Shown one piece after another: positions 1 through 8,434 of a stretch of DNA of 24,018 bases. The position numbers and the translations under genes are program-made. This DNA comes from an uncultured Eubacteriales bacterium (GTDB lineage Bacteria; Bacillota; Clostridia; TANB77; RGIG9151), in contig CAYYWT010000008.1 in the NCBI GenBank assembly GCA_964475435.1, forward strand, positions 1-24,018, written 5' to 3'. Every line of letters starts with the position of its first letter. The first letter of the stretch is position 1. The notes beneath the pieces were generated by a model that made no database searches, was not told where the DNA came from, and saw only the letters and a program-made list of their open reading frames with translations.

Positions 1-24
1 TTTCGCTTGGTACAGTACAATACG

Positions 25-576
25 TTATTTAAATGATAAACGAGTATTTTTACAGCTCCTTTTTGTTGTTTTTACGTAATTTATTAGATACATAATAAAT
101 GCAAATAGCAAAGAAATTAATGCCAAAACGAATAAATAAATTGTATACGGAGCTAAAACAGTTAATTTTGAACTTAGCATCGAAGTAATTATAGCGGTAA
201 AGAAGAAAATAGTAGAAAGTTTACCAAACCATTTTGATTGAATAACAATATGATGCTTTAATAGTTTTATAGCTCCAAGCCCCATTGATATTTCTTTAAT
301 GAAGAAGATAATTACTATCCAAAGAGGTATTAAATTAACTATCCATAATCCGACTAAAGCTGAAAATTGAAGTAATTTATCAGCTAGCGGATCTAAAAAT
401 TTTCCTAAATCTGTAATTAAGTTAAATTTTCTCGCAATAAAGCCGTCCAAGACATCGGTAAAACTTGCAAGTACATATAATAAAATAGCAATTGTGAAAT
501 TTTTAGTTACTAGAAAATATGTCATAAACGGTATTATTATAAATCGTATAACAGTTAATATATTCGGTAAATTCAT
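25..576 (-). CDS. pgsA: CDP-diacylglycerol--glycerol-3-phosphate 3-phosphatidyltransferase (CDP-alcohol phosphatidyltransferase family)
   Basis: 183-aa polytopic membrane ORF with the CDP-alcohol phosphatidyltransferase signature D-x2-DG-x2-AR-x8-G-x3-D-x3-D (DVLDGFIARKFNLITDLGKFLDPLADK). GAGGG lies a few nt upstream of the ATG. Size is typical of PgsA. Confidence 0.85.
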   Translation of the reverse strand: MNLPNILTVIRFIIIPFMTYFLVTKNFTIAILLYVLASFTDVLDGFIARKFNLITDLGKFLDPLADKLLQFSALVGLWIVNLIPLWIVIIFFIKEISMGLGAIKLLKHHIVIQSKWFGKLSTIFFFTAIITSMLSSKLTVLAPYTIYLFVLALISLLFAFIMYLINYVKTTKRSCKNTRLSFK

Positions 577-593
577 TGTTCCCTCATTTCTTC

Positions 594-2858
594 TTAATCT
601 ATAAGATTAAAGATTAAATTATCACTATAATCAACGTAAATAGTTTTGTTATTTAATTTTTCGTGTTTCAATAACATTTCGGCAATTCTATTTTCAATAT
701 TTTTTTGAATAGCTCGACGTAGAGGACGAGCACCGTATTTAGCATCATATCCGACTGATACGATATAATCTTTTGCGGAATCTGAAAGCTTTATAGAAGT
801 TTTAAATTTTTTCAATTCTTCATTTATTTCATTAATCATCATATCTACAATTTGTTTTATTTCATCTTTAGTTAATTCGTGGAAAACAATTATTTCATCA
901 AGTCTGTTTAAAAATTCCGGTTTAAAGTATTCTTTCAATGCAGACATTACTTTTTCATCTCTTATTTCTGAATTTTGATTAAATCCGAGAGAGAAGGTAG
1001 AACCAGTTCCTGCGTTTGATGTCAATATGATTACCGTATTTTCAAAATTTACTGTTTTACCTTGGCTGTCTGTTAGTCTGCCTTCGTCTAAAATTTGAAG
1101 TAAAATGTTAAATACATCTCCGTGAGCCTTTTCAATTTCATCAAATAGAATGATAGAATAAGGATTTCGTCTAACTTTTTCAGTAAGTTGTCCTGCATCA
1201 TCATATCCGACGTATCCCGGAGGCGCTCCGATTAACTTGGATACAGCGTGTTTTTCCATAAATTCGGACATATCTAGTCTTATTATTGACTCTTCATTAC
1301 AAAATAATTCGCAAGCAAGAGCTTTTACAAGCTCAGTTTTACCAACTCCGGTAGGTCCGACAAATATGAAGGACGGTGGACGTTTCCTATTTCTAAGCCC
1401 CGCTCTATGACGACGTATTGCATTAGATAGGGTAGTTACGGCGTTTTCTTGTCCGACTATTCTTTTATGAAGCGAACTTTCTAAATTCAATAGCTTTTCA
1501 GATTCAGTTTCAGTAATTTTTTTAGCAGGAATCTTTGTCCATAATTCAATAACTTCAGCTAAATCTTCTTCCGTTACAATAGCTTTTTTTATCTTTTTAG
1601 TTAAAGCTTCAATTTCATTATTTAAATTACATTCTTTTGTTTTTAAATCGGCAGCTTTTTGGTAATCCTCAATAGAGTCAGCAGAAACGGCAGATTCTTT
1701 TTCTTCTTGAATTCCACGAAGTTGTGCTTTTAAGATTTCAAGCTTTGCAAGAGGTTTATTATTTAAATTTATTCTTGAAGAAGCTTCATCAATTAAATCA
1801 ATCGCTTTATCCGGTAAGAATCTGTCGTGAATGTATCTTTTAGACATAGAAACAGCAGATTCTAAAGTCTCGATAGGGAGAGAAACTTTATGGAAATCTT
1901 CATAGTAAGGTTTAATCGTTTTTAAAATCTCTAAAGTTTCTTCAGCAGTAGGTTCGTCTACCATAACCGGTTGGAAACGACGCTCTAAAGCGGAATCTTT
2001 TTCAATGTGTTTTCTGTATTCTTTTAACGTAGCAGCACCGATTACTTGAATTTCGCCACGAGATAGAGCAGGCTTTAGAATATTAGCCGCATTCATAGCT
2101 CCTTCAGCATCTCCGGCACCTGTTATCATATGAAGTTCGTCAATTACCAATATGATATTTCCGGAATTTTTTGCTTCATCAATAATTCCACGCATACGAG
2201 ATTCAAATTGTCCTCTAAATTGCGTTCCGGCAACAACAGCAGTAATATCTAGTTGGTAAACTTCGTGGTTAAATAGTTTCGGCGGAACTTTTTTATCAAC
2301 AATTCTCATAGCTAAAGCTTCAGCAATAGCAGTTTTTCCAACTCCGGGTTCACCAATTAAAACCGGATTGTTTTTTGTACGGCGGTTTAAAATTTGGATA
2401 GTTCTATTTATTTCGTTATTCCTACCGGCAATTTTGTCTAAATTCCCTTCACGTGCTAAATCTGTTAAATTAATTCCGTAAGTATCTAATAATTTTCTTT
2501 TTTTGGTATTTTTCCTATCTTGGACTTTAACTTTAGTAGTAGACTCACTTGAACCTTCAATATTTTCAGGTCCACCAAACATTTTGGCAAACGCACCGAA
2601 TAATGACTTTTCATCGGCAACCATAGAATTGCTGTCTTCGTTTTCTTGAGATAAATTTGAAATAAAATCTTCCATTTCGGAAGTAATTGAATCTAATTCC
2701 TCTTGAGACATACCTGATTGAAGTAACATATTATTGATAGGGTCTATGCCTCTTTTTTTCGCACAATCAAGGCATAAGCCTTGGGTTGTTTGTTTATTGT
2801 TTTCCATCTTTGTCATAAATATGACTGCAAGATTTTTATTGCAATCTGAACATAACAT
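594..2858 (-). CDS. clpE: ATP-dependent Clp protease ATP-binding subunit, ClpE-type (N-terminal CxxC...CxxC zinc ribbon, two AAA+ modules)
   Basis: 754 aa. N-terminus MLCSDCNKN...GLCLDCAKKRG gives a 4-Cys zinc ribbon instead of a Clp_N repeat domain, as in Bacillus ClpE. Walker A motifs GEPGVGKTA (D1) and GPTGVGKTE (D2). A short coiled-coil linker sits between the modules. The LGF tripeptide (FSLGFNQ) matches the ClpP-docking loop. AAGGAGA RBS lies 7 nt upstream of the ATG at 2858. Confidence 0.85.
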   Translation of the reverse strand: MLCSDCNKNLAVIFMTKMENNKQTTQGLCLDCAKKRGIDPINNMLLQSGMSQEELDSITSEMEDFISNLSQENEDSNSMVADEKSLFGAFAKMFGGPENIEGSSESTTKVKVQDRKNTKKRKLLDTYGINLTDLAREGNLDKIAGRNNEINRTIQILNRRTKNNPVLIGEPGVGKTAIAEALAMRIVDKKVPPKLFNHEVYQLDITAVVAGTQFRGQFESRMRGIIDEAKNSGNIILVIDELHMITGAGDAEGAMNAANILKPALSRGEIQVIGAATLKEYRKHIEKDSALERRFQPVMVDEPTAEETLEILKTIKPYYEDFHKVSLPIETLESAVSMSKRYIHDRFLPDKAIDLIDEASSRINLNNKPLAKLEILKAQLRGIQEEKESAVSADSIEDYQKAADLKTKECNLNNEIEALTKKIKKAIVTEEDLAEVIELWTKIPAKKITETESEKLLNLESSLHKRIVGQENAVTTLSNAIRRHRAGLRNRKRPPSFIFVGPTGVGKTELVKALACELFCNEESIIRLDMSEFMEKHAVSKLIGAPPGYVGYDDAGQLTEKVRRNPYSIILFDEIEKAHGDVFNILLQILDEGRLTDSQGKTVNFENTVIILTSNAGTGSTFSLGFNQNSEIRDEKVMSALKEYFKPEFLNRLDEIIVFHELTKDEIKQIVDMMINEINEELKKFKTSIKLSDSAKDYIVSVGYDAKYGARPLRRAIQKNIENRIAEMLLKHEKLNNKTIYVDYSDNLIFNLID

Positions 2859-2907
2859 AATAACGTCTCCTTATATATTTTCTTAAGTAAATAAGCTTAA
2901 TAGTTAT

Positions 2908-2935
2908 ATTATACAGTATTTTTATTTTCGGTCAA
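2908..2935 (-). promoter_or_regulatory. sigma-A type promoter for clpE (minus strand TTGACC-16 nt-TATAAT)
   Basis: The reverse complement reads TTGACC (2935-2930), a 16-nt spacer, then TATAAT (2913-2908), about 45 nt upstream of the clpE ATG. Sequence match only. Confidence 0.55.
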
Positions 2936-2983
2936 TAACTATTATGTTACATTTGTGTTAAAGAAATGAGCTAGCAAAAACAA

Positions 2984-3012
2984 TTGACAATATATCTCTT
3001 TTTTGGTATATT
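2984..3012 (+). promoter_or_regulatory. sigma-A type promoter (TTGACA-17 nt-TATATT) for the small membrane protein gene
   Basis: Consensus -35 TTGACA at 2984-2989, exact 17-nt spacer, TATATT at 3007-3012. Located about 60 nt upstream of the ATG at 3071. Confidence 0.6.
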
Positions 3013-3070
3013 ATTTTAAGATGAATTTAAATTAATAGTTAAGTCTTTTTTGACAAAACGGAGGTATAAT

Positions 3071-3262
3071 ATGAATATTATTGGATGGGGTATTACTGTC
3101 GCCGGAATTGGTGTATTATGGCTTTTAGTAGTTTTTAAAGATTGTTTAAGACGTGGGTATATTACGTATAATGAAGCTTTCTTTTCAAAAGTGTCGATTG
3201 TACTTATTGCAGTCGGAATGATGCTGTTGGCAATTGGATGGATTGGAGTAATAAATATTTAG
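3071..3262 (+). CDS. hypothetical small membrane protein (63 aa, two predicted TM helices)
   Basis: I moved the start from the ORF-track 3050 to ATG 3071, which lies 6 nt after GGAGG (3060-3064). Two hydrophobic stretches (IIGWGITVAGIGVLWLLVVF and VSIVLIAVGMMLLAIGWIGVI) flank a basic loop. The gene has its own promoter and a strong terminator. No family recognised. Confidence 0.55.
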   Translation: MNIIGWGITVAGIGVLWLLVVFKDCLRRGYITYNEAFFSKVSIVLIAVGMMLLAIGWIGVINI

Positions 3263-3266
3263 TAAA

Positions 3267-3310
3267 AAACGTTTCTTTTTTGTAATTTAACAGAAAAGAA
3301 ACGTTTTTTT
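3267..3310 (+). terminator. Rho-independent terminator
   Basis: 13-bp stem AAACGTTTCTTTT / AAAAGAAACGTTT with a 14-nt loop, followed by a T-run (3304-3310). It starts 5 nt after the TAG stop. Confidence 0.8.
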
Positions 3311-3322
3311 ATTTTGGTGATA

Positions 3323-3351
3323 TTGACAAATTATAAATAATATTTTAATAT
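3323..3351 (+). promoter_or_regulatory. sigma-A type promoter for tRNA-Thr (TTGACA-17 nt-TAATAT)
   Basis: TTGACA at 3323-3328, 17-nt spacer, TAATAT at 3346-3351, about 19 nt upstream of the mature tRNA 5' end. Confidence 0.6.
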
Positions 3352-3369
3352 AAGTGAGTAATTTATTTT

Positions 3370-3445
3370 GCTTATATAGCTCAGCAGGCAGAGCACTTCC
3401 TTGGTAAGGAAGAGGTCACCGGTTCGACTCCGGTTATAAGCTCCA
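3370..3445 (+). tRNA. tRNA-Thr (anticodon GGU), CCA encoded
   Basis: Hand-folded 76-nt cloverleaf. Acceptor GCTTATA/TATAAGC. D-arm GCTC-AGCAGGCA-GAGC. Anticodon arm CTTCC-TTGGTAA-GGAAG, so the anticodon is GGT. 5-nt variable loop. T-arm ACCGG-TTCGACT-CCGGT. Discriminator T, then genomic CCA. Confidence 0.93.
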
Positions 3446-3450
3446 AAAAT

Positions 3451-3488
3451 AGCAAAAAACTGCGGACATAATGCCCGCAGTTTTTGCT
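3451..3488. terminator. bidirectional hairpin terminator shared by tRNA-Thr (+) and the LD-carboxypeptidase gene (-)
   Basis: Stem AGCAAAAAACTGCGG / CCGCAGTTTTTGCT with a GC-rich core CTGCGG/CCGCAG. It has A/T runs on both flanks and overlaps the stop codon (3487-3489) of the convergent gene. Confidence 0.75.
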
Positions 3489-4470
3489 ATTCTAATATAA
3501 TTATTGGGTTATTTGTTGCATCTATTGTAGCTATTCCACCTATCGGGAAGGTAAATAACGGAGTAGTATGACCAAAGTCTGCGTCTGCAATTATAGGAAT
3601 GTTTTTTAATTCCGATTTGTTTTTTATCATCATATTCCATTTTTCCTGTGTCATATCTGAACTTTTTTCAGCTCTTCCGAGTACTATTCCACGCACGTTG
3701 TTAAAGCCTGGCTGTTGAATAATTGCTTGAAGCATTCTATCAAATTCCAACATATAAATAGAACCTGAAACGGTAGAATCATTTTCGATAAATAAAATAG
3801 TATCTTCATCAAATTTAGGCATAAATTCAGTACCAAGTAGGAGCAAAAATGTACTTAAGTTTCCACCTATAATTTTACCTTTTGCATTACCTTGATTTAT
3901 TGTAAACATTCCACGATTTTTATTGAAATTTCTATCCTCTTGATTAATAAACCACGCATCATTACTCCATACATCAGAAGATGCTATTTCGATTTTATTA
4001 TCAGAAAAGAATATTTTTTTGAAATAATCAAGCGTATAATCAAATCCGTATTTCATTCCGAAGCTTGAATAATGTGGACCGGAATAAGTTATAAGTCCTG
4101 TTTTTGCGTAAATTGCGTTACTTAAAGCTGTTATGTCTGAGAAGCCGCAGAAAATTTTAGGATTATTTTTTATTAAATCGTAGTCTATATGTTTTAATAA
4201 TTGATTGGAGTTAAAACCGCCAATTACAGTTAAAATAGCTTTTACGTTTTTGTCATTAAATGCTTCGTGTATATCTTCGATACGTGCTTCGATTGAAGAA
4301 GAAGTGAATTCATCACATAGTTCTGTGTTTTTTCCGAAAGTTACTTTTAGTCCTAATTCGTTTAGCCTTTTATTCGCAATTTCGCGTGTTTCGTTATTGA
4401 TAATTTTCATACTGCGTGATGGAGCAATAACTCGAACTTCATCACCTGTTTTTAATTTGTTAGGTATCAT
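3487..4470 (-). CDS. S66-family LD-carboxypeptidase (LdcA/MccF-like serine peptidase)
   Basis: 327 aa. The nucleophile motif GFSDITAL and the C-terminal DFGHT histidine motif are typical of peptidase S66 (muramoyltetrapeptide carboxypeptidase / microcin C7 immunity MccF). GGAGG RBS upstream of the ATG at 4470. Confidence 0.8.
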   Translation of the reverse strand: MIPNKLKTGDEVRVIAPSRSMKIINNETREIANKRLNELGLKVTFGKNTELCDEFTSSSIEARIEDIHEAFNDKNVKAILTVIGGFNSNQLLKHIDYDLIKNNPKIFCGFSDITALSNAIYAKTGLITYSGPHYSSFGMKYGFDYTLDYFKKIFFSDNKIEIASSDVWSNDAWFINQEDRNFNKNRGMFTINQGNAKGKIIGGNLSTFLLLLGTEFMPKFDEDTILFIENDSTVSGSIYMLEFDRMLQAIIQQPGFNNVRGIVLGRAEKSSDMTQEKWNMMIKNKSELKNIPIIADADFGHTTPLFTFPIGGIATIDATNNPIIILE

Positions 4471-4577
4471 AAAATTACCTCCATTCTTTAGTTTTTGCTA
4501 ATATTGTACTATAAGAGATGTTAAATTTCAATACTGGAATTGACATAAGTACGAGTAAAAAACGCAAGAATAGAGAT

Positions 4578-4606
4578 TTGACAGATTTTTCTCCTAGTAG
4601 TAAAAT
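4578..4606 (+). promoter_or_regulatory. sigma-A type promoter (TTGACA-17 nt-TAAAAT)
   Basis: TTGACA at 4578-4583, 17-nt spacer, TAAAAT at 4601-4606. The predicted transcript start falls at or after the ORF-track GTG (4610), which favours ATG 4631 as the real start. Confidence 0.55.
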
Positions 4607-4630
4607 TATGTGGGAAAAGGGGAGAGAAAA

Positions 4631-5872
4631 ATGTATAATAAATACGGAATTAACGAAAAAGTGGTTGAACTTTCAGATTTAGCTATGAAAAAGATAAAAC
4701 CTCAATTTGAACATATAGAAAAAGTGGCTGAATATAATCAGATGAAAGTTTTAAATGCGTTTAATAATAATAAAATATCTGAGGCTCATTTTATGGGGAC
4801 TTCGGGGTATGGATATAATGATTTGGGAAGAGATGCGATAGAATGTGTTTATGCTGAAGTTTTCGGAACGGAAGATGCGATTGTGAGATCTCAATTTATA
4901 TCCGGTACTCATACTATATCTACGGCTCTTTTTGGAATCTTAAGACCTGGGGATACGTTACTGGCTATATCCGGTGCTCCATATGATACATTACATGATG
5001 TTATATCCGGAGAAAAAATGGGTTCGTTAAAAGATTTTGGAGTTAAATTTGATAAAATTGAGCTTGATGAAAATTATGATATAGACTTAAAAAAGGTAAT
5101 GGAATATTTAAGAAATAATCCTGTAAAAATGATAGAAATACAACGTTCTAAAGGATATGGTTGGAGAAAGACTTTTTCGGCTGAATATATAAATTCTGTT
5201 ATAAAGGAAATTCACGCTGAATTCCCGGATGTCGTATGTTTTGTAGATAATTGCTATGGTGAACTGGTGGACGAAGTTGAACCGTACGAGGCTGATTTAA
5301 TTGCCGGTTCTTTAATTAAAAACTTGGGTGGCGGAATTGCGCCTGTTGGAGGATATGTCGCCGGAAAGGCTAAATATGTTGAACAGGTTGCTTATAGACT
5401 TACCAGCCCGGGAATTGGTAAAGAAGCTGGTGCTACTTTAGGAATAAATAAACAATTTTTACAAGGTTTGTTCATGGCTCCGCATATTGTTTCTCAAGCT
5501 ATAAAGACTGCTGTATTTTGTGCTGCGGTTATGGAGGAATTGGGATATGAGGCTGAACCAGGTTCTATTGAAGTTAGACACGATATAATTCAGTCTGTAA
5601 AATTGGGAGACAGGGAAAAATTAATTAAGTTTTGCCAAGGACTTCAAAGTGCGTCGCCTATTGATTCACATGCTATACCTTATCCGTCGGCTATGCCCGG
5701 ATATGCGGACGAGGTTATAATGGCTGCCGGTGCTTTTAATCAAGGATCTTCAATAGAACTTAGTGCTGATGCGCCAATAAGAGAGCCATATATTATATAT
5801 ATGCAAGGCGGACTTACTTTTGAATCCGGTAAATTCGGTATTATGAAAGCTATTCAATGTATGATGGAATAA
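4631..5872 (+). CDS. PLP-dependent methionine gamma-lyase family protein (YnbB / 'aluminium resistance' family)
   Basis: 413 aa from ATG 4631, with a GGGGAGAG RBS 5-6 nt upstream. The N-terminal block HFMGTSGYGYNDLGRDAIECVYAEVFGTEDAIVRSQFISGTHTIS is characteristic of the Met_gamma_lyase/YnbB family as I recall it. Confidence 0.75.
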   Translation: MYNKYGINEKVVELSDLAMKKIKPQFEHIEKVAEYNQMKVLNAFNNNKISEAHFMGTSGYGYNDLGRDAIECVYAEVFGTEDAIVRSQFISGTHTISTALFGILRPGDTLLAISGAPYDTLHDVISGEKMGSLKDFGVKFDKIELDENYDIDLKKVMEYLRNNPVKMIEIQRSKGYGWRKTFSAEYINSVIKEIHAEFPDVVCFVDNCYGELVDEVEPYEADLIAGSLIKNLGGGIAPVGGYVAGKAKYVEQVAYRLTSPGIGKEAGATLGINKQFLQGLFMAPHIVSQAIKTAVFCAAVMEELGYEAEPGSIEVRHDIIQSVKLGDREKLIKFCQGLQSASPIDSHAIPYPSAMPGYADEVIMAAGAFNQGSSIELSADAPIREPYIIYMQGGLTFESGKFGIMKAIQCMME

Positions 5873-5893
5873 ATAGAAAGGTAAGGTGTCTAT

Positions 5894-6592
5894 ATGGGAA
5901 AGAAGATACTTGTTGTAGATGATGAAAAACCTATTGTTGATTTGATTAGTTTTAATCTGAAAAAAGAAGGACACGATGTTATAGAAGCTAACGATGGAGA
6001 GACTGGTTTTAATATGGCTTTAGCTGAAAAACCTGATTTAATATTGCTTGATGTAATGCTTCCTAAAATGGACGGATTTACGGTTTGTAGAAAGCTTAGA
6101 GAAAAAATTTCCACGCCGATTATTATGATTACGGCGAAGGAAGAAGAAGTTGATAAGGTTTTAGGCCTTGAGCTTGGAGCAGATGACTATATGACTAAAC
6201 CTTTTGGAATAAGAGAGCTTATTGCCAGAGTTAAAGCGAATTTGCGTCGTACTGATATTGAATCTCAAATTGAAAATTCCGGTGACACTGCGGATGATTT
6301 CCAATTTGGTGAGTTGGCTATTAATATGTCTAGGTATGAAGTTAAGAAAAATGGAAATGTTATTGAACTTACATTAAGAGAATTTGAATTATTAAAGTTT
6401 TTAGCCAGTTATTCAGGTCAAGTTTTTTCGAGAGAGGCTTTACTTGAAAAAGTTTGGGGATATGAGTATTACGGAGATATGAGGACCGTTGATGTGACTA
6501 TAAGACGACTTAGAGAAAAAATTGAAAATAATGCGGCTGAACCGCAATACATATTAACAAAACGTGGAGTTGGATATTACTTTAAAAAGTAA
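5894..6592 (+). CDS. walR: OmpR-family response regulator, WalR(YycF)-like
   Basis: 232 aa. The receiver domain (KILVVDDEKPI...DLILLDVMLPKMDG...TAK...ADDYMTKPF) and winged-helix output domain (REFELLKFL...VWGYEYYGDMRTVDVTIRRLREKIE...RGVGYYF) align almost block by block with my memory of Bacillus WalR. The symbol is tentative. Confidence 0.75.
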   Translation: MGKKILVVDDEKPIVDLISFNLKKEGHDVIEANDGETGFNMALAEKPDLILLDVMLPKMDGFTVCRKLREKISTPIIMITAKEEEVDKVLGLELGADDYMTKPFGIRELIARVKANLRRTDIESQIENSGDTADDFQFGELAINMSRYEVKKNGNVIELTLREFELLKFLASYSGQVFSREALLEKVWGYEYYGDMRTVDVTIRRLREKIENNAAEPQYILTKRGVGYYFKK

Positions 6593-6613
6593 ATAATTCG
6601 GAGGTGTAGTTTC

Positions 6614-8383
6614 TTGAAATTTTTCAGAACGCTTCAGTGGAGGCTTATGGCAATTTTGTTTTTGCTAGTTATATGTCTTATGATAATGGTGGGAACTTTT
6701 TTGATTTCCACAATAGACAGTACATATTCAAACAGTTTTATATCTGATATGAAAAAGTTTGAGCAAGATTTGGAGAATGCACAAATTATTGCTGATGATA
6801 TTGTTTTAGCTGATACTGAATATTCTTCCGAGCTTTTTAAGGCTTTTAAAACTTATTTTCAAATTGATGATACGACTAAAAAAGGGTATTTATTGTCTCC
6901 TATCGGAGAAGTGATTTTACCGGCTAATAGAAATATGAGTGATATTGAAATAACAGACAATATCATAATTGCTATGAGTGGGAATATCGGAAATAATGTT
7001 AATGAAGAAGACGAATATTTTGATTATGCCAAGCCGGTTATAATTCAAGGCGAGGTTAAATATATATGTTATTTAAAACAGGGAAAAGATACTATTAATG
7101 AGATAATAGACGAATTAAAGAAGAGTATTGTTTATGTAGTTTTAGTTGCACTTGTTGTTTCGGTTTTAGTAAGTTATATTATTTCGCGAACTATTACTAT
7201 ACCTATTCATAAACTTACTAAGAGTGCTGAAAAGATGGCTAATGGAGATTTTACTAAGATTAAAGAACCTGAGTCGGGAGATGAAATTTCATTACTTGCG
7301 AATAAGTTTAACTATATGGGAAACAGGTTAAAGAATACACTTAGTGAGATTTCTCAAGAAAAAGGTAAACTTGAAACATTGCTCCAAAATATGAGTGACG
7401 GAGTTATTGCTTTTGATGCTGCCGGAGTTCTTATTCATGCTAATCCGTCAGCTAAAAAAATGTTAAATATTTCTGATGGGATATTAAATTTTGAAGATAT
7501 ATTTAAGGAATTTGGCTTGGATATTTCTTTTGAAAATGTTATGAAGGCTGAAAACGGTACTTTTTCCGGTCAAAAAATCGAACTTAGTGGGAAGTATTTA
7601 AATCTGTTGATAGCAAAGGTTATAAATACGGAAGAGAATAACAATTATGGTGTTATTGTTGTTATTCAAGATGTAACTGAGCAAGAGAAACTTGAGATTA
7701 TGAGAAAAGAATTTGTTGCAAATGTTTCTCACGAGTTAAAAACGCCGATTACTTCTATTAGAGGGTATTCCGAAACGCTACTAGATAGTTGTGATGATAT
7801 AGATAAGGAAACTACAAGGAAGTTTTTGGGAGTTATAAATGAAGAAGCTGAAAGAATGTCTAGACTTGTGAGTGATTTGTTGAAACTTTCTAAAATGGAT
7901 CTTAAAAATGATAGTGAAAACAGGACTAATTTTGATGTTGTAAGAGTTGCTAAGCAGTGTGTAGATAAAGTTTATATTGAGGCTGATAAGAAAAAACAGG
8001 AGCTTGTTTTGTTTAACAATGAACAGGAAAATATAAAAGCCTTTGCTAACGAAACTGATATTGAGCAAGTTATTTTAAATATTTTATCTAATTCTATTAA
8101 ATATACGCCTGAAAATGGTAAGATTGGAATTAAGGTTGAAAAGATTACAGACGGTGTTGAAATTATAGTTAAGGATAATGGAATAGGTATACCAAAGGAA
8201 GATTTACCAAGAGTTTTTGAAAGATTTTATAGAGTGGATAAGGCTAGAAGCAGGGATATGGGCGGAACCGGATTGGGACTTGCTATTGCTAAGAATATGG
8301 TTGAGAGTAATGGTGGAAGTATTTCGATTGAAAGCGAACAAAATCAAGGTACAGAAGTAAGAATTTTATTAAAGAGTTTGTAG
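6614..8383 (+). CDS. walK: sensor histidine kinase, WalK-like (TM-extracellular loop-TM-HAMP-PAS-HisKA-HATPase_c)
   Basis: 589 aa. TTG start 9 nt after GGAGG. Two TM helices flank an extracytoplasmic domain of about 140 aa. H-box FVANVSHELKTPITSIRGY. G-boxes DNGIGIP and GGTGLGLAI. It is adjacent to the WalR-like regulator. The symbol is tentative. Confidence 0.75.
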   Translation: MKFFRTLQWRLMAILFLLVICLMIMVGTFLISTIDSTYSNSFISDMKKFEQDLENAQIIADDIVLADTEYSSELFKAFKTYFQIDDTTKKGYLLSPIGEVILPANRNMSDIEITDNIIIAMSGNIGNNVNEEDEYFDYAKPVIIQGEVKYICYLKQGKDTINEIIDELKKSIVYVVLVALVVSVLVSYIISRTITIPIHKLTKSAEKMANGDFTKIKEPESGDEISLLANKFNYMGNRLKNTLSEISQEKGKLETLLQNMSDGVIAFDAAGVLIHANPSAKKMLNISDGILNFEDIFKEFGLDISFENVMKAENGTFSGQKIELSGKYLNLLIAKVINTEENNNYGVIVVIQDVTEQEKLEIMRKEFVANVSHELKTPITSIRGYSETLLDSCDDIDKETTRKFLGVINEEAERMSRLVSDLLKLSKMDLKNDSENRTNFDVVRVAKQCVDKVYIEADKKKQELVLFNNEQENIKAFANETDIEQVILNILSNSIKYTPENGKIGIKVEKITDGVEIIVKDNGIGIPKEDLPRVFERFYRVDKARSRDMGGTGLGLAIAKNMVESNGGSISIESEQNQGTEVRILLKSL

Positions 8384-8434
8384 AAAAGCTAACAATAAAA
8401 TATTAGAGTGATGTGGAATTAGGAGAGTGAGAGA

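Noticed and set aside
2925-2945. Possible CtsR operator (GGTCAAT) upstream of clpE.
   Set aside because: Only one heptad is present, and it is the reverse complement of the -35 hexamer TTGACC. There is no second (A/G)GTCAAA three nt away, so it is not a CtsR tandem repeat.
3370-3490. The lone tRNA-Thr as an integration hotspot for a genomic island.
   Set aside because: No integrase, no duplicated copy of the tRNA 3' end, and no compositional shift on either side. The flanking genes are ordinary chromosomal genes.
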